Positions 1 through 10,238 of a stretch of 64,000 nt of DNA are shown here, piece after piece; the first letter of the stretch is position 1; every line of letters begins with the position of its first letter. A model generated the notes under the pieces. The model saw only the letters and a list, made by a program, of their open reading frames with translations. It ran no database searches and had not been told where the DNA came from. Origin of the DNA: Octopus sinensis (lineage: Eukaryota); assembly GCF_006345805.1 (NCBI RefSeq), contig NC_043017.1:18848001-18912000 (forward strand). Reading direction: 5' to 3'. The translations under genes were made by a program, and so were the position numbers.

Positions 1-579
1 TGATTTTATTAAGTATTTCTGTTTATTTAGAAACCTACAATGAACAGGTAAGACACTAAACTATAAATTTCACAGGATACAACCTTAAAGTTGACACTGC
101 TCTACTAAAGGCAGAAAATTTCTGTCTTGCTATTGGATAAAGATACCCCGTTGATTTTTAAACCTCTATAACTTTTTCCCCACATCACACCTTCAAAGCA
201 ATGAGACTGGAAGGCTACATTATTATAGCCAATTTTCAGATTTTTTATTTCCTTTTTAAAAATTGCATATTTTGCATATGAAAAAGACTAGATCTGAAAA
301 TAATATTGATTGCAAAACACTAAAAATTATCCACATATTTTATTAGCAACCTCAATTACAATCGTGTCAAAGTTGCATCTTGAAATAATAACAATATGTT
401 GTCTAATTTTAACACCCAAATATGGTGGAATAGCACATAATGAGGATACAGTACTTGCAATGTAATAGATTCAAAGAAGTAGGGGGAAGTAAGGAAAAAT
501 TAGAAATTACTCATTGTACCTACACCCCAGCACTTGTGCTGACTTTGTTGGCATTATTTACGTCTAAATTAAGGCGGCT

Positions 580-731
580 ATGTTCTGAGTTCAAATTCTG
601 CAGAGGTCGACTTTGCCTTTCATCCTTTTGGGGTCAATAAATTAAGTACCAGTGAAACACTGGGTCGATGTAATCGACTAGTCCCCATCCCCCAAATTTC
701 AGGCCTTGTGCCTATAGTAGAAAGGATTATT
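580..731 (+). mobile_element. tRNA-derived SINE family A, 5'-truncated
   Basis: Contains the family core GAGTTCAAATT...CTTTGCCTTTCATCCTTTTGGGGTCAATAAATTAAGTACCAG. Confidence 0.8.
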
Positions 732-1599
732 TGTATCTAAGTTGTTCATCTCATCTTTCCAGGTTCGCTCATCAACCACAGCTTATCCAGGTTCATCCTG
801 GATATCTGCCTTAGAATTCGGAGCTTCTTCCAGCTAGTTTAAAAGTTCAACATTTTAAAACATTATTAGTTTCTTAAAAAGAATACATGCTATGGGGAAA
901 ATGAAGACAGTTTTCAAATCAGCATGAAAAATATATTTTGATCCACACAAACACAAATCTTTGACAGAAATTCCTTGATGAATAGAATGAACATTTTTTA
1001 CAAAGTAAAAACCAAAAAGATTTCATTAATTAGCTTTATTTTATTGTTTAAATCACAAATCTTTCCATTGTTAAATACATAAAATTTAACACGGAATATA
1101 GAATAGATACAAATATGAATGAAGAGAAGATCGATTTTATACAAACACCAAAAATTATCTTTGATAGAAAATGTTTGTTGAAGACTCATTATTTTCATTA
1201 ATTTGCTGGAGTATATACACGAATGAATGTATAAAAGAGAAAGTATATAAGACATCATACTTATAGCCCAATGTGGTATGATGAAATAATTTTTATCGTT
1301 TGCAATTTGTGCTTCAAACACAACTGTACAATGATGTTATCCATGAATTATGAGACTATATTTCTCAGTTATTTACCCATAATGTTCAATAAATTTATTA
1401 TATCCTGCTTTCCCACAGGAAATATATTAGCTACAATTTATATATTTTTTCTGAAACAATATTTTTCTTAAAACTATCAAAGTGCTAAGTTATGTGAATG
1501 TAGATATTAGTTGTGGTTATGTAAAATATAGCTTTTGGAGATAGTTCTGTGTACCTTCCTTTGTCAATCATTTATAGCTAGGTAGTTTTTCAGACTGCT

Positions 1600-1912
1600 G
1601 TGGTGCATTGCTGTTACAAGAAGACCCATTCACAACAATAGGAACGATATCCTACAACCAAAGTGCCGAACACAAAGTATTGGTGTTGGTGCCATGTAAT
1701 AAGCACTGGTGTTGGTTCTTGTACAAAACACAAGTGATAGTGTCACATACAAGAACATAGCACACTCTGTAAAGTCATTAGCATTAGGTCATCCAGCAGC
1801 AGAAAGCATACCAAAATAGACTAGGAAACCTGGTATGGCCTTGGCTCTGCAGTTCCTGTCTAGCCATCCGACCCATGCCCGCCTGGAAAGCAGATGTTAA
1901 TGATAATGATGC
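1600..1912 (+). mobile_element. Decayed SINE/RTE 3' tail
   Basis: Ends CCCATGCCCGCCTGGAAAGCAGATGTTAATGATAATGATG, like the RTE-type tail at about 20300. Confidence 0.5.
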
Positions 1913-1936
1913 TAATATCCTCATACAGTGATACAA

Positions 1937-4333
1937 TTATTTTTCTGTGTGAATAAACAGATGTGCAGATAAGTGACATTTCTGAGGAAATGACTTACCG
2001 CACACATCGCAGTCAAATGGCTTCTCTCCTGTGTGAATACGTTTATGTTTAGTTAAGCTCCTTGTTAAAGTGAATGATTTACCACAGTAATCACAGTGAT
2101 ATGGCTTCTCCCCTGTATGACTGCGTTTGTGTATAGTTAAGTTATTTGATACTGTGAATGATTTACCACAGATATCACAACTGTATGGTTTCTCTCCAGT
2201 ATGAATGTATTTGTGTCTAGTTAAATCACTACTTTGAGAGAATGATTTACCACAGATATCACAGTGATACGGCTTCTCACCTGTATGAATATGTATGTGT
2301 ACTGTCAATGCATCTCTACGTGAAAATGATTTACCACAGATATCACAGTCATATGGCTTCTCACCTGTGTGAATGCGTTTGTGAGCAGTTAAATCACCAC
2401 TGTGAGAGAATGGCTTACCACAAATGTCACAAAGATATGGTTTCTCACCTGTATGAATACGTTTGTGACTCGTTAAGTTACCTGGATCAGACAATGTTTT
2501 GCCACAGATATCACAGTGGTATGGCTTTTCTCCTGTATGAATACGCTTATGTGTAATTAACTTACTTCTAACAGCAAATGATTTACCACAGATGTTACAG
2601 GGATATGGCTTTACTCCTGTATGAATATATTTGTGAGCAGTTAAGTGACTACTAATAGAGAATGATTTACCACAGACATCACACTGAAATGGCTTCTCCC
2701 CAGTATGAAAGCGTTTGTGTACTGTTAATTTACTAATCGAAGACATTGATTTACCACAGATGTCACAGTGATATGGCTGTCCTCCTGTATGAATATATTT
2801 GTGTATATTCAAGTGACCACTTCGAGAGAATGATTTACCGCATATATCACAGTGATATGGCTTCTCTCCCGTATGAGAGCGTATATGAGTAGTTAAGATA
2901 CTACTTTTAGAAAATGATTTTCCACAGATATCACAATCATATGACCTCTTACTTGTATGAATGCATTTATGTCGAATTAAGGGACCTCTCTGACTAAATG
3001 ATTTACCACAGCTCTCACACTTATATAGTTTCTCTCCTGTATGAATACGTTTGTGCCTAGTTAACTCACTATTTCTAGAAAACGATTTACTACAGACTTC
3101 ACAAGGAAACGACTTCTCTACTTTATGAATATGTCTGTGTCTAGAAAGCTCGCTACTTGCAGAAAATGACTTATCACAAATATCACAGTGATATCTCTTC
3201 TCATCTGTATGAATGATTTTGTGTTTATTCAAGTGTCTTTTTGCAGAGAATGATTTATCACAGGTATCACAGTGATATGGCTTCTCACCTGTATGAATGC
3301 GTCCGTGGATAGTTAAGGAATTCCTATTAGAGAATGATTTGCCACAGATATCACACTGATATGGTTTCTCGCCTGTATGAATACGTACATGAATAGTTAA
3401 ATTACTACTTCGAGAAAATGATTTACCACAGATGTCACAATGATGAGATTTTTCACCTGTAGGAATGCATTTGTGTCTAATTAAGTTACCTTTCTGAGTG
3501 AATGATTTATCACAGAGATCACAGTGATATGGTTTCTCTCCTGTATGAATATGTTTATGTTCAGCTAACTCAGTACTTCCAGAGAATGATTTACCACAGA
3601 TATCACATAGATGTTGTTTTTCTTTTGTATGAATATGCTTGTGTCTAGTTAAATCACTACTTCCAGAAAATGACTTACCACAGATATCACAGTGATATGG
3701 CTTCTCACCTGTATGAATGCGTTTGTGCATATTTAAGTCACTACTTGTAGAAGAGGATTTACCACAGATGTCACAATGAAATGGTTTTTCTCCAGTATGA
3801 ATCCGTTTGTGTTTAGATAAATCATCTTTCCGAGAGAATGATTTACCACAGTAATCACAACAATATGGTTTTATCCCTGTATGTATGCTTTGGTGAAAAG
3901 TCAAATGAATTCTTTGAGAGAAGGATTTCCCACAGACTTCACAGTGATATGGCTTCTCTCCTGTGTGAATGATTCTATGTCTAGTTAAGTCACCTCTTGC
4001 AGAGAATGATTTGCCACAGACATCACAATGATATGGCTTTTCGCCAGTATGTATCCGTTTGTGTATAGTCAGGGCATTTTTGTTAGAGATTGCTTTGCCA
4101 CAGATATCACAATGATGTGGCTTGTCTCCTGTATGGGTACTACTCTGAGCAGTTATGGGACTTGTTTCAGACAGTGATATACCTATGGTACCACTATGTG
4201 TAGATATCTCTCCCTTGACTTGCAGCATATCATTAGGAAAATCAATGTCTTCAGATTCTGTTTTTATATGAATTGGTGTCTCACATAATTCACTTTTAAT
4301 CACAATTGGTGTCTCATGTAATTCATATTCCAT
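1937..4333 (-). CDS. C2H2 zinc-finger gene 1 (26 finger repeats, single coding exon)
   Basis: ORF track 1937..4348 opens on GTG; the first ATG is at 4333, with an in-frame TAA upstream. Tandem CxxC-x12-HxxxH fingers with TGEKP linkers; finger 8 ends HKCIP. Confidence 0.95.
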   Translation of the reverse strand: MEYELHETPIVIKSELCETPIHIKTESEDIDFPNDMLQVKGEISTHSGTIGISLSETSPITAQSSTHTGDKPHHCDICGKAISNKNALTIHKRIHTGEKPYHCDVCGKSFSARGDLTRHRIIHTGEKPYHCEVCGKSFSQRIHLTFHQSIHTGIKPYCCDYCGKSFSRKDDLSKHKRIHTGEKPFHCDICGKSSSTSSDLNMHKRIHTGEKPYHCDICGKSFSGSSDLTRHKHIHTKEKQHLCDICGKSFSGSTELAEHKHIHTGEKPYHCDLCDKSFTQKGNLIRHKCIPTGEKSHHCDICGKSFSRSSNLTIHVRIHTGEKPYQCDICGKSFSNRNSLTIHGRIHTGEKPYHCDTCDKSFSAKRHLNKHKIIHTDEKRYHCDICDKSFSASSELSRHRHIHKVEKSFPCEVCSKSFSRNSELTRHKRIHTGEKLYKCESCGKSFSQRGPLIRHKCIHTSKRSYDCDICGKSFSKSSILTTHIRSHTGEKPYHCDICGKSFSRSGHLNIHKYIHTGGQPYHCDICGKSMSSISKLTVHKRFHTGEKPFQCDVCGKSFSISSHLTAHKYIHTGVKPYPCNICGKSFAVRSKLITHKRIHTGEKPYHCDICGKTLSDPGNLTSHKRIHTGEKPYLCDICGKPFSHSGDLTAHKRIHTGEKPYDCDICGKSFSRRDALTVHIHIHTGEKPYHCDICGKSFSQSSDLTRHKYIHTGEKPYSCDICGKSFTVSNNLTIHKRSHTGEKPYHCDYCGKSFTLTRSLTKHKRIHTGEKPFDCDVCGKSFPQKCHLSAHLFIHTEK

Positions 4334-4749
4334 AATTATTCTTCTCACTTTTAACTCTTATTGTCTACTTCTATATTTCCATCAGCTGTGATCTTTGTTG
4401 TATTGAATTAATCTTCCTTCACTCTTTAAAAGATGATAAATACTGACGATGAATCTCAAGTAAAATATTCTTTCGTGCCAATGTCATCTGATATTTCTGA
4501 AATAATAGAGAAACAATAAGACATATAGGTGATACTTAAAACAGAGATTCAACAGTAAAAAACAGTGATGAATGGCAAATATAGCTATTTAGCTCAACAG
4601 CTTCACTTTTTAATCTGCTACCTTAAATCATAATCACTACACAAAACCTACTTGATCTGCACATATATCACAGACTACGGCTACATCTTTACATTGTCTA
4701 ACATTATCTATGTTAAACTACAGAATAGTTGAAGATAACATTCAGCTCT

Positions 4750-5520
4750 CTATCCAGTAAAGTCATTTGTCATTCCTAGTTTAGCCCCACTATTTCTTTT
4801 CTGGCTTCCCTGGAAGTGTTTATTTTGTTGGAGTTTGCTATATAATTGTTTCTGTGGAAGCCAATGGTTTGGTAAGCAAGGTACATGACCTGCCCAGAGA
4901 AGCTGCGACTGCATATGGATAATGCAGATGCTGGGTAGTCTAGAACAGGTGAATATCTCAACCTCTGTGATTTTGTTTTGCCACTTTATGCAAGGAAGTT
5001 TTTTGAGGAAGCCGTTGCGAAGGTGGTTCAATTTTCTCAACATAATGTTGCTAAACTGTCAACGTTTCACAGCCAGAGTATAGATGTGACAACTATGATC
5101 CACTACATCTTTATCTTTTTTCTGTTTCCGGGGTGATGCTCTCCTGTTCCACAAGTTTCTATTTAGTCTCGCTTTAGAATCTGGCATTTATCTTGTAATG
5201 AATGACATCGCTGGACAGTGTGCTCGCAATGTATGTGAACTTACCCACCGTATTCAGTCGTTGACCATTAATAGTGATGGAAAGTTTAGTGTAAAGATTT
5301 CGAGTTAACTGATGCGAATGGCGAGCAGCTGTTGTCAAGATCATACAGACCTGAGAAGCCAAAAAGATTGCTGCAGCTGAGCAACATATGTATGCCAAGA
5401 AAATCAAACTACCACCATAATTCTCTGTCCATACTGCCAGACAACCTTCTGGATGTGTCTTGGCCTGATCAGTCACCAAAGCGCCCTCAAAACCCAACTC
5501 CAAACCCTCTATGGGGAGAT
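4750..5520 (-). mobile_element. RTE (BovB-like) LINE RT fragment in the gene 1 intron
   Basis: Peptides TINGQRLNTVGKFTYIASTLS and IKWQNKI...LLWAGHVPCLPNHWLP resemble the RTE RT C-terminal region; broken by stops and frameshifts. Confidence 0.8.
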
Positions 5521-5984
5521 GGTACTCGTCGATCAGACGGGCGAACTAACAAAATGTTAGTTCTGAGTGAGCACATAATATCAAAGGCACCTGATTTAAG
5601 TAGACTTAAATGCATGGTGTGTAACTTGTCACAAAACGTAATTACAGTGAGAGCCAATAAATATATGGTCATGGAATTTATAATCGTATGTGTTTTTCAT
5701 TAAAAGATTAGAGACATTGCACATTAAAATAAATAACATCCTCCGCTAATCCAAAATATACATCTGAATAGGTAATTGTCATATTTCAGCAAGTTTGTAG
5801 CCCACTGTCCACTTACTAATATTCTAACTGGTCTGTAAATGCATAAAGGTTGAAAACCGGCATAGAAACTTCATAAGTGGTGTTGGAGTAAATAATATAA
5901 AATATTCAATATTATTTTTTTAAAACTTACATTGGAATAATCTACAGTAACAACAATACCAAACAAATATTAACTGTATTAAAA

Positions 5985-6215
5985 GGCGGCGAGCTGGCAG
6001 AAACGTTAGCACGCCGGGCGAAATGCGTAGCCGTATTTCGTCTGCCGCTACGTTCTGAGTTCAAATTCCGCCGAGGTTGACTTTGCCTTTCATCCTTTCG
6101 GGGTCGATAAATTAAGTACCAGTTACGCGCTGGGGTCGATGTAATCGACTTAATCCCTTTGTCTGTCCTTGTTTGTCCTCTCTGTGTTTATCCCCTTGTG
6201 GGTAGTAAAGAAATT
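5985..6215 (+). mobile_element. Full-length SINE family A with 16-bp target-site duplication
   Basis: GGCGGCGAGCTGGCAGAAACGTTAG head; flanks ATTAACTGTATTAAAA (5969-5984) and ATTAATTGTATTAAAA (6216-6231). Confidence 0.9.
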
Positions 6216-6443
6216 ATTAATTGTATTAAAAATATCACCCAATTATAAACAAAGTGGACCCTGCATAGGGACGACACAATAAAAATATGATGTAAGTGAC
6301 AAGTTAAATACAAAGATCATCAGTTATATTGATAGAAGAAAAGATGATTGCATGAAGAAAAAATACCTCATAAAAATGACATGTATTAAGAAGTCAGTTT
6401 CGTTATGTGTGTTGATCGTTGGAAAATTCTTTACTGCTACATG

Positions 6444-6446
<3 letters not shown>

Positions 6447-6508
<62 letters not shown>

Positions 6509-6510
6509 AT
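6447..6510. repeat. (AC)n(AT)n microsatellite in predicted exon 1 of gene 1
   Basis: Read directly. Confidence 0.9.
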
Positions 6511-6611
6511 ATCGTAGGTAAAAATAACTATTTTTTTCAAGCTAAATAAAATTTTGGTGAGCAAGATTTAAAAACCTTAGTTTGTTTGTCAATGGCAGAA
6601 TAAAAGCCATA

Positions 6612-6629
6612 TCCGGTTGAGCATGCGCA
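6612..6629 (-). promoter_or_regulatory. Conserved promoter motif, gene 1
   Basis: Minus strand TGCGCATGCTCAACCGGA, about 245 bp upstream of the conserved splice donor; homologous motif before every gene. Confidence 0.65.
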
Positions 6630-7139
6630 GGAAATTATGTCATCTGAAAAATGCATGCATACATACATAAGATGTAGAGGGGGCGTGAGGACAGGGCTTC
6701 TGAGACAAGTAAGGCAGAGGGAGGACAGTATCTTGAAATCAGGATCAAGGTCCGAATCCTTGCAACAGAATGGCCTCCAACAAAGGAACCAAAAAAGCCT
6801 TAAACTTAATGTCCAGTTAAGTTACTCACCCAAACAGATGATGCTGCAATGTGAATACAGAATTCACCCCATATTTGTTTTTTTCTCCAAAAATCCCTTT
6901 GGATTTCCATTTTCAAAAACCAAAGACATTTTGCATCCCCAGTGGAACTGCCTCTTTAAAATTCTTTTGTTGTTTTCCTAGAAAGTTTCGGTTTCGCACT
7001 TGAGATACGGTCTTTTTTTTTTTTTTGATCTTAGTTTTTTTCATGTCGATTACAAAAATTATAACTTTTTTTATTAATAAATCGAATTAAAGATGTGGTA
7101 AGCCTTGAAAGACTGGAATTAATTTTAAGCTATTGTATG

Positions 7140-7345
7140 AAAATGGTTTCAAATTTTGGCTCTAGACCAGGAATTTAAGGGGAGGAGTAAATCGATTACA
7201 TTAACTCTAGTGGTCAACTGGTACTTATTTTGTCGTCCTAAAAGGCAAAGCTAACTAAGACTGCGTTTGAATACCGAACATAAAGCAGGAAGAAATACCA
7301 CTAAGTTTTTTTTTGTCAGGCGTGCTCATGATTCTACTACTGTAT
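7140..7345 (-). mobile_element. Decayed SINE family A
   Basis: Reverse complement of the core (ATCGATTACATT...CTGGTACTTATTTTGTCG). Confidence 0.65.
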
Positions 7346-8232
7346 TACAATAAAATAAAATCTTTTTGTATTATGTAATAAAATTATTTGCTATAACCAC
7401 ACAAATGTACCCGACTCCTGATTTTGTTTTCTTGTAACTTACAGAAAAATAGATATTTATCATAGAAATTTTCTACAAATAACTTCCATGTGGTGTCAGT
7501 CCCAATGACATTGAATTTATTGTGAAAAATATTTTTTCGTGAGTGGGTAGAGGAACTGAGGATAGTTCACACGGCCGACACGTTCTTTCCTCATAACTTT
7601 CACAGGAAAATAGGTAATTTTTAAGGAAATTTTCTTCAAATACCTTTCAGATGGTATAGATTACGATTATATCGTAATTTAATATGGAGGGAAAATTGTG
7701 ACAGGGCACGCATATATACAGATGCATGTAACAGAGAGACAGAAAGAGAGAGAGAGAGGAGAACGTGTTTAGTGCAAGGGAAGTCTTACAGTTGAAAGGA
7801 GAGACCAAAAGTGCGAGAGCAGAGGAAAGTTGTTTAGTTGAAAGAGTAGGCAAAAGAAAAGAAAGAACGTGTTTATTGCAGTGATGGTGGGCTTTAAAAA
7901 AAAGGGCAAATGGAGAGAGAGAGGGTGCATATATGTTTTACTCCAGGGTGTGGAGTCGTATCTACAACGTCGGATGGTAGAAACATGGACGGCTGTATAT
8001 ATATATATATATATAGATAGATAATTAGTAAAATTCAAGTGAAATAACTTTAGTTAGCAAATGGCTATGCATGTTACTCTATTCCAAAGGTTGTGATCAT
8101 GCAAGGGCACCGCCTTTTACAGGGTTCTATCTTATATTTGATTAGGTCTTAAATGCCTGTCCATGTCAAACTTGAAAGATACATCGACAGAAAGAAAAGT
8201 AGACAAGATGATTGCTAGATAAATAGATTCAT

Positions 8233-8325
8233 AGCATGTGACATCCCAGATAAGAGGCCTACCACCATGGGAAGGGAAAACTATTATACAGTTAGGCCTT
8301 TTACCGTCCCCTCGGTCATATTCCC
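8233..8325 (-). mobile_element. CRE-like non-LTR retrotransposon fragment (restriction-like endonuclease motif)
   Basis: Translates DRGDGKRPNCIIVFPSHGGRPLIWDVTC, resembling the RxDGKRPDGxTxxPWxxGxxLxWDxT motif as I recall it. Confidence 0.6.
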
Positions 8326-8431
8326 CCCGAAATACACTGGTTTTCTTTGTTAAACAAACAAAATGAAAACGAAACAAGTGAGAAGGAGAGAAAATAGCGC
8401 GCCATTGGAGTATGTTACTGATAGGTATAAT

Positions 8432-8802
8432 GGGCGAGCTGGCAGAAACGTTAGCACGCCGGGGGAAATGCTTAGCGGTATTTCGTCTGCCGTTACGTTG
8501 TGAGTTCAAATTCCGCCGAGGTCGTCTTTGCCTTTCATCCTTTCGGGGTCGATAAATTAAGTACCAGTTACGCACTGGGGTCGATGTAATCGACTTAATA
8601 CCTATGTCTTCCTTGTTTGTTCCCTCTGTGTTTAGCCCCTTGTGGGTAATAAAGAAATAGGTATTTCGTCTGCCGTTACGTTCTGAGTTCAAATTCCGCC
8701 GAGGTCGTTTTTGCCTTTCATCCTTTCGGGGTCGATGTAATCGACTTAATACCTATGTCTGTCCCCTCTATGTTTAGCCCCTTGTGGGTAATAAAGAAAT
8801 AG
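8432..8802 (+). mobile_element. SINE family A with tandem partial duplication
   Basis: Full copy 8432-8660 plus an internally deleted second body 8661-8802; ATAGGTATA on both sides. Confidence 0.85.
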
Positions 8803-9150
8803 GTATATTGATGATGATGATAATGGTGGTAGTGCTATGGGTACGAGTTAATGGAGGTGGCGGCGGTTGTAGGGATATTGGTTGAAGGAGGTGGTGATGG
8901 TGTCAGTTGGGATTTTCATTAAAGAAGGTAGAAGTGGTGGTGGTTGCACAACGTTATTTGTAGTTTTTTTTTTGTTACTTTATATTGCCCATCACTTAAC
9001 GCATGCGCCTTAGTGAATTCATTGTCGTCTGCTCAGTCAACGCTTAAAGTTGTTGATGAAACATGGATTACAAAAACACGATGTTAGCAAACAAGAGAAG
9101 GTTTAAGGTAAGTTGTTGTCATGGTTTTTAATTTGGTTAGTGTATAATTA

Positions 9151-9339
9151 TTGCGGCTTTTTTCAACAATTTTTATTCAACAAAAACAGTAACAATATTT
9201 AACAGAAGCATTTTTAAATGACGGTCTGACAAGCAAATAGGAAGCAGTAATTGAAGTTCATGGTGAATATGCTCCGGAATAATCATTTAAAGATGTTTTT
9301 GTTACATGTCGTTATTGTTTTTGTTGAAAAAAGCCGCAA
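9151..9339 (+). mobile_element. Mariner-derived MITE
   Basis: Terminal inverted repeats TTGCGGCTTTTTTCAACAA / TTGTTGAAAAAAGCCGCAA with TA on both sides; the loop translates GLTSK*EAVIEVHGEYAPE*, like a mariner transposase C-terminus. Confidence 0.7.
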
Positions 9340-10030
9340 TATTTTCAAATGACCGTATTAAGATTTGTTAAAACTTTACCAACTTATTGCAGCAGTTATT
9401 ATAAATAACTCTTTTGTCGTAGCTTTTTACGATTAAAATGAAACATTCTCCACGAATGGATGGGTGAAAAAGAAGTTTAGAATTTTGAAAGAAGTATTGG
9501 TAAAACATTAATGTCAGTCGTTTCAAATGTTGAAAAGAATATTTCTGTTAATCGAAGAAAAGTGTAATGGGACGAAAAATATCTCATTTTCGCCTCTCTC
9601 TACGATAGCAACAGTTTGTTCTGAGTAAAACAGTTTATGTTTCTCTTTGTGTTGTGTTGTGTTGTATGATGAAAAACAGGATTAAATTTGTTTGAAATTA
9701 TGCCTGCTACTGAAACCAGGTAAGTACTAATGCATTCTTGTTATTTTTAATTTTTATATTGTATCGAAGAATGGTTTTATAGAGTGACAAAAGTATGAAA
9801 AATCGCAGAAAATAATGAAAAAAGAACAAACTAAAACAATGGATAAATTTTGATTGTGAAAAGTACGATGAAAAAGGATTGGAAGGTTTAGAACATTCTC
9901 TTTAAATAATACGAATTGCAATTGTTGCAAAAAGAAGAAAAAAAATGTCATAATTATACAAGTCTGCCTCCAACTTTGTTTCCCCAAAACTTTCAGAAAA
10001 ATTGTTATCTTTTTTACTGAAATTTTCTGC

Positions 10031-10238
10031 AAATGCCTCTCAGGTATAGATTACGATTATAACGGAATTCACTGTGGTGAAAAGAAATTGTTGGCTGTAC
10101 ACACATACATAGATACACGTTACATAACTTTTATCAACATTTCATGTCTCATTCTTTGTGTGCGCGCCTCCCAATTAATTTTTTATTAACATTAAATTCC
10201 GACATGATCGTAATCAACATTTACCTGTAAGGTATTTC
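10031..10238. mobile_element. MITE-like inverted-repeat element
   Basis: Imperfect arms of about 40 bp (AAATGCCTCTCAGGTATAGATTACGATTATAACGGAATT versus the reverse complement at about 10196-10238); related sequence at about 7638-7690. Confidence 0.45.

Larger units (their letters stand above)
4497..6366 (-). other. Predicted 5'-UTR intron, gene 1
   Basis: Donor GAG|GTATTT at 6366 and acceptor CTCTATTATTTCAG| at 4497; both homologous in the paralogs. Confidence 0.65.

Noticed and set aside
2242-2556. Antisense ORFs over finger arrays (MIYHRYHSD... type; also 16524, 26743, 34150, 36949, 50812 and 63049)
   Set aside because: These are by-products of the 84-bp finger periodicity read on the opposite strand, with no independent promoter or splice evidence.
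5332-5703. 123-aa plus-strand ORF
   Set aside because: It overlaps the antisense strand of a decayed RTE fragment inside the gene 1 intron and has no recognisable domain.
5985-6060. tRNA-like sequences at SINE heads
   Set aside because: They continue into SINE core and tail sequence and do not form a full cloverleaf, so they are not tRNA genes.
8132-8692. 186-aa minus-strand ORF
   Set aside because: It is stitched from antisense SINE sequence plus a short retroelement fragment.
9690-9727. ATG...CCAG|GTAAGT resembling a small first coding exon (MPATETR)
   Set aside because: No downstream acceptor or exon could be identified, and it lies in repeat-like DNA.
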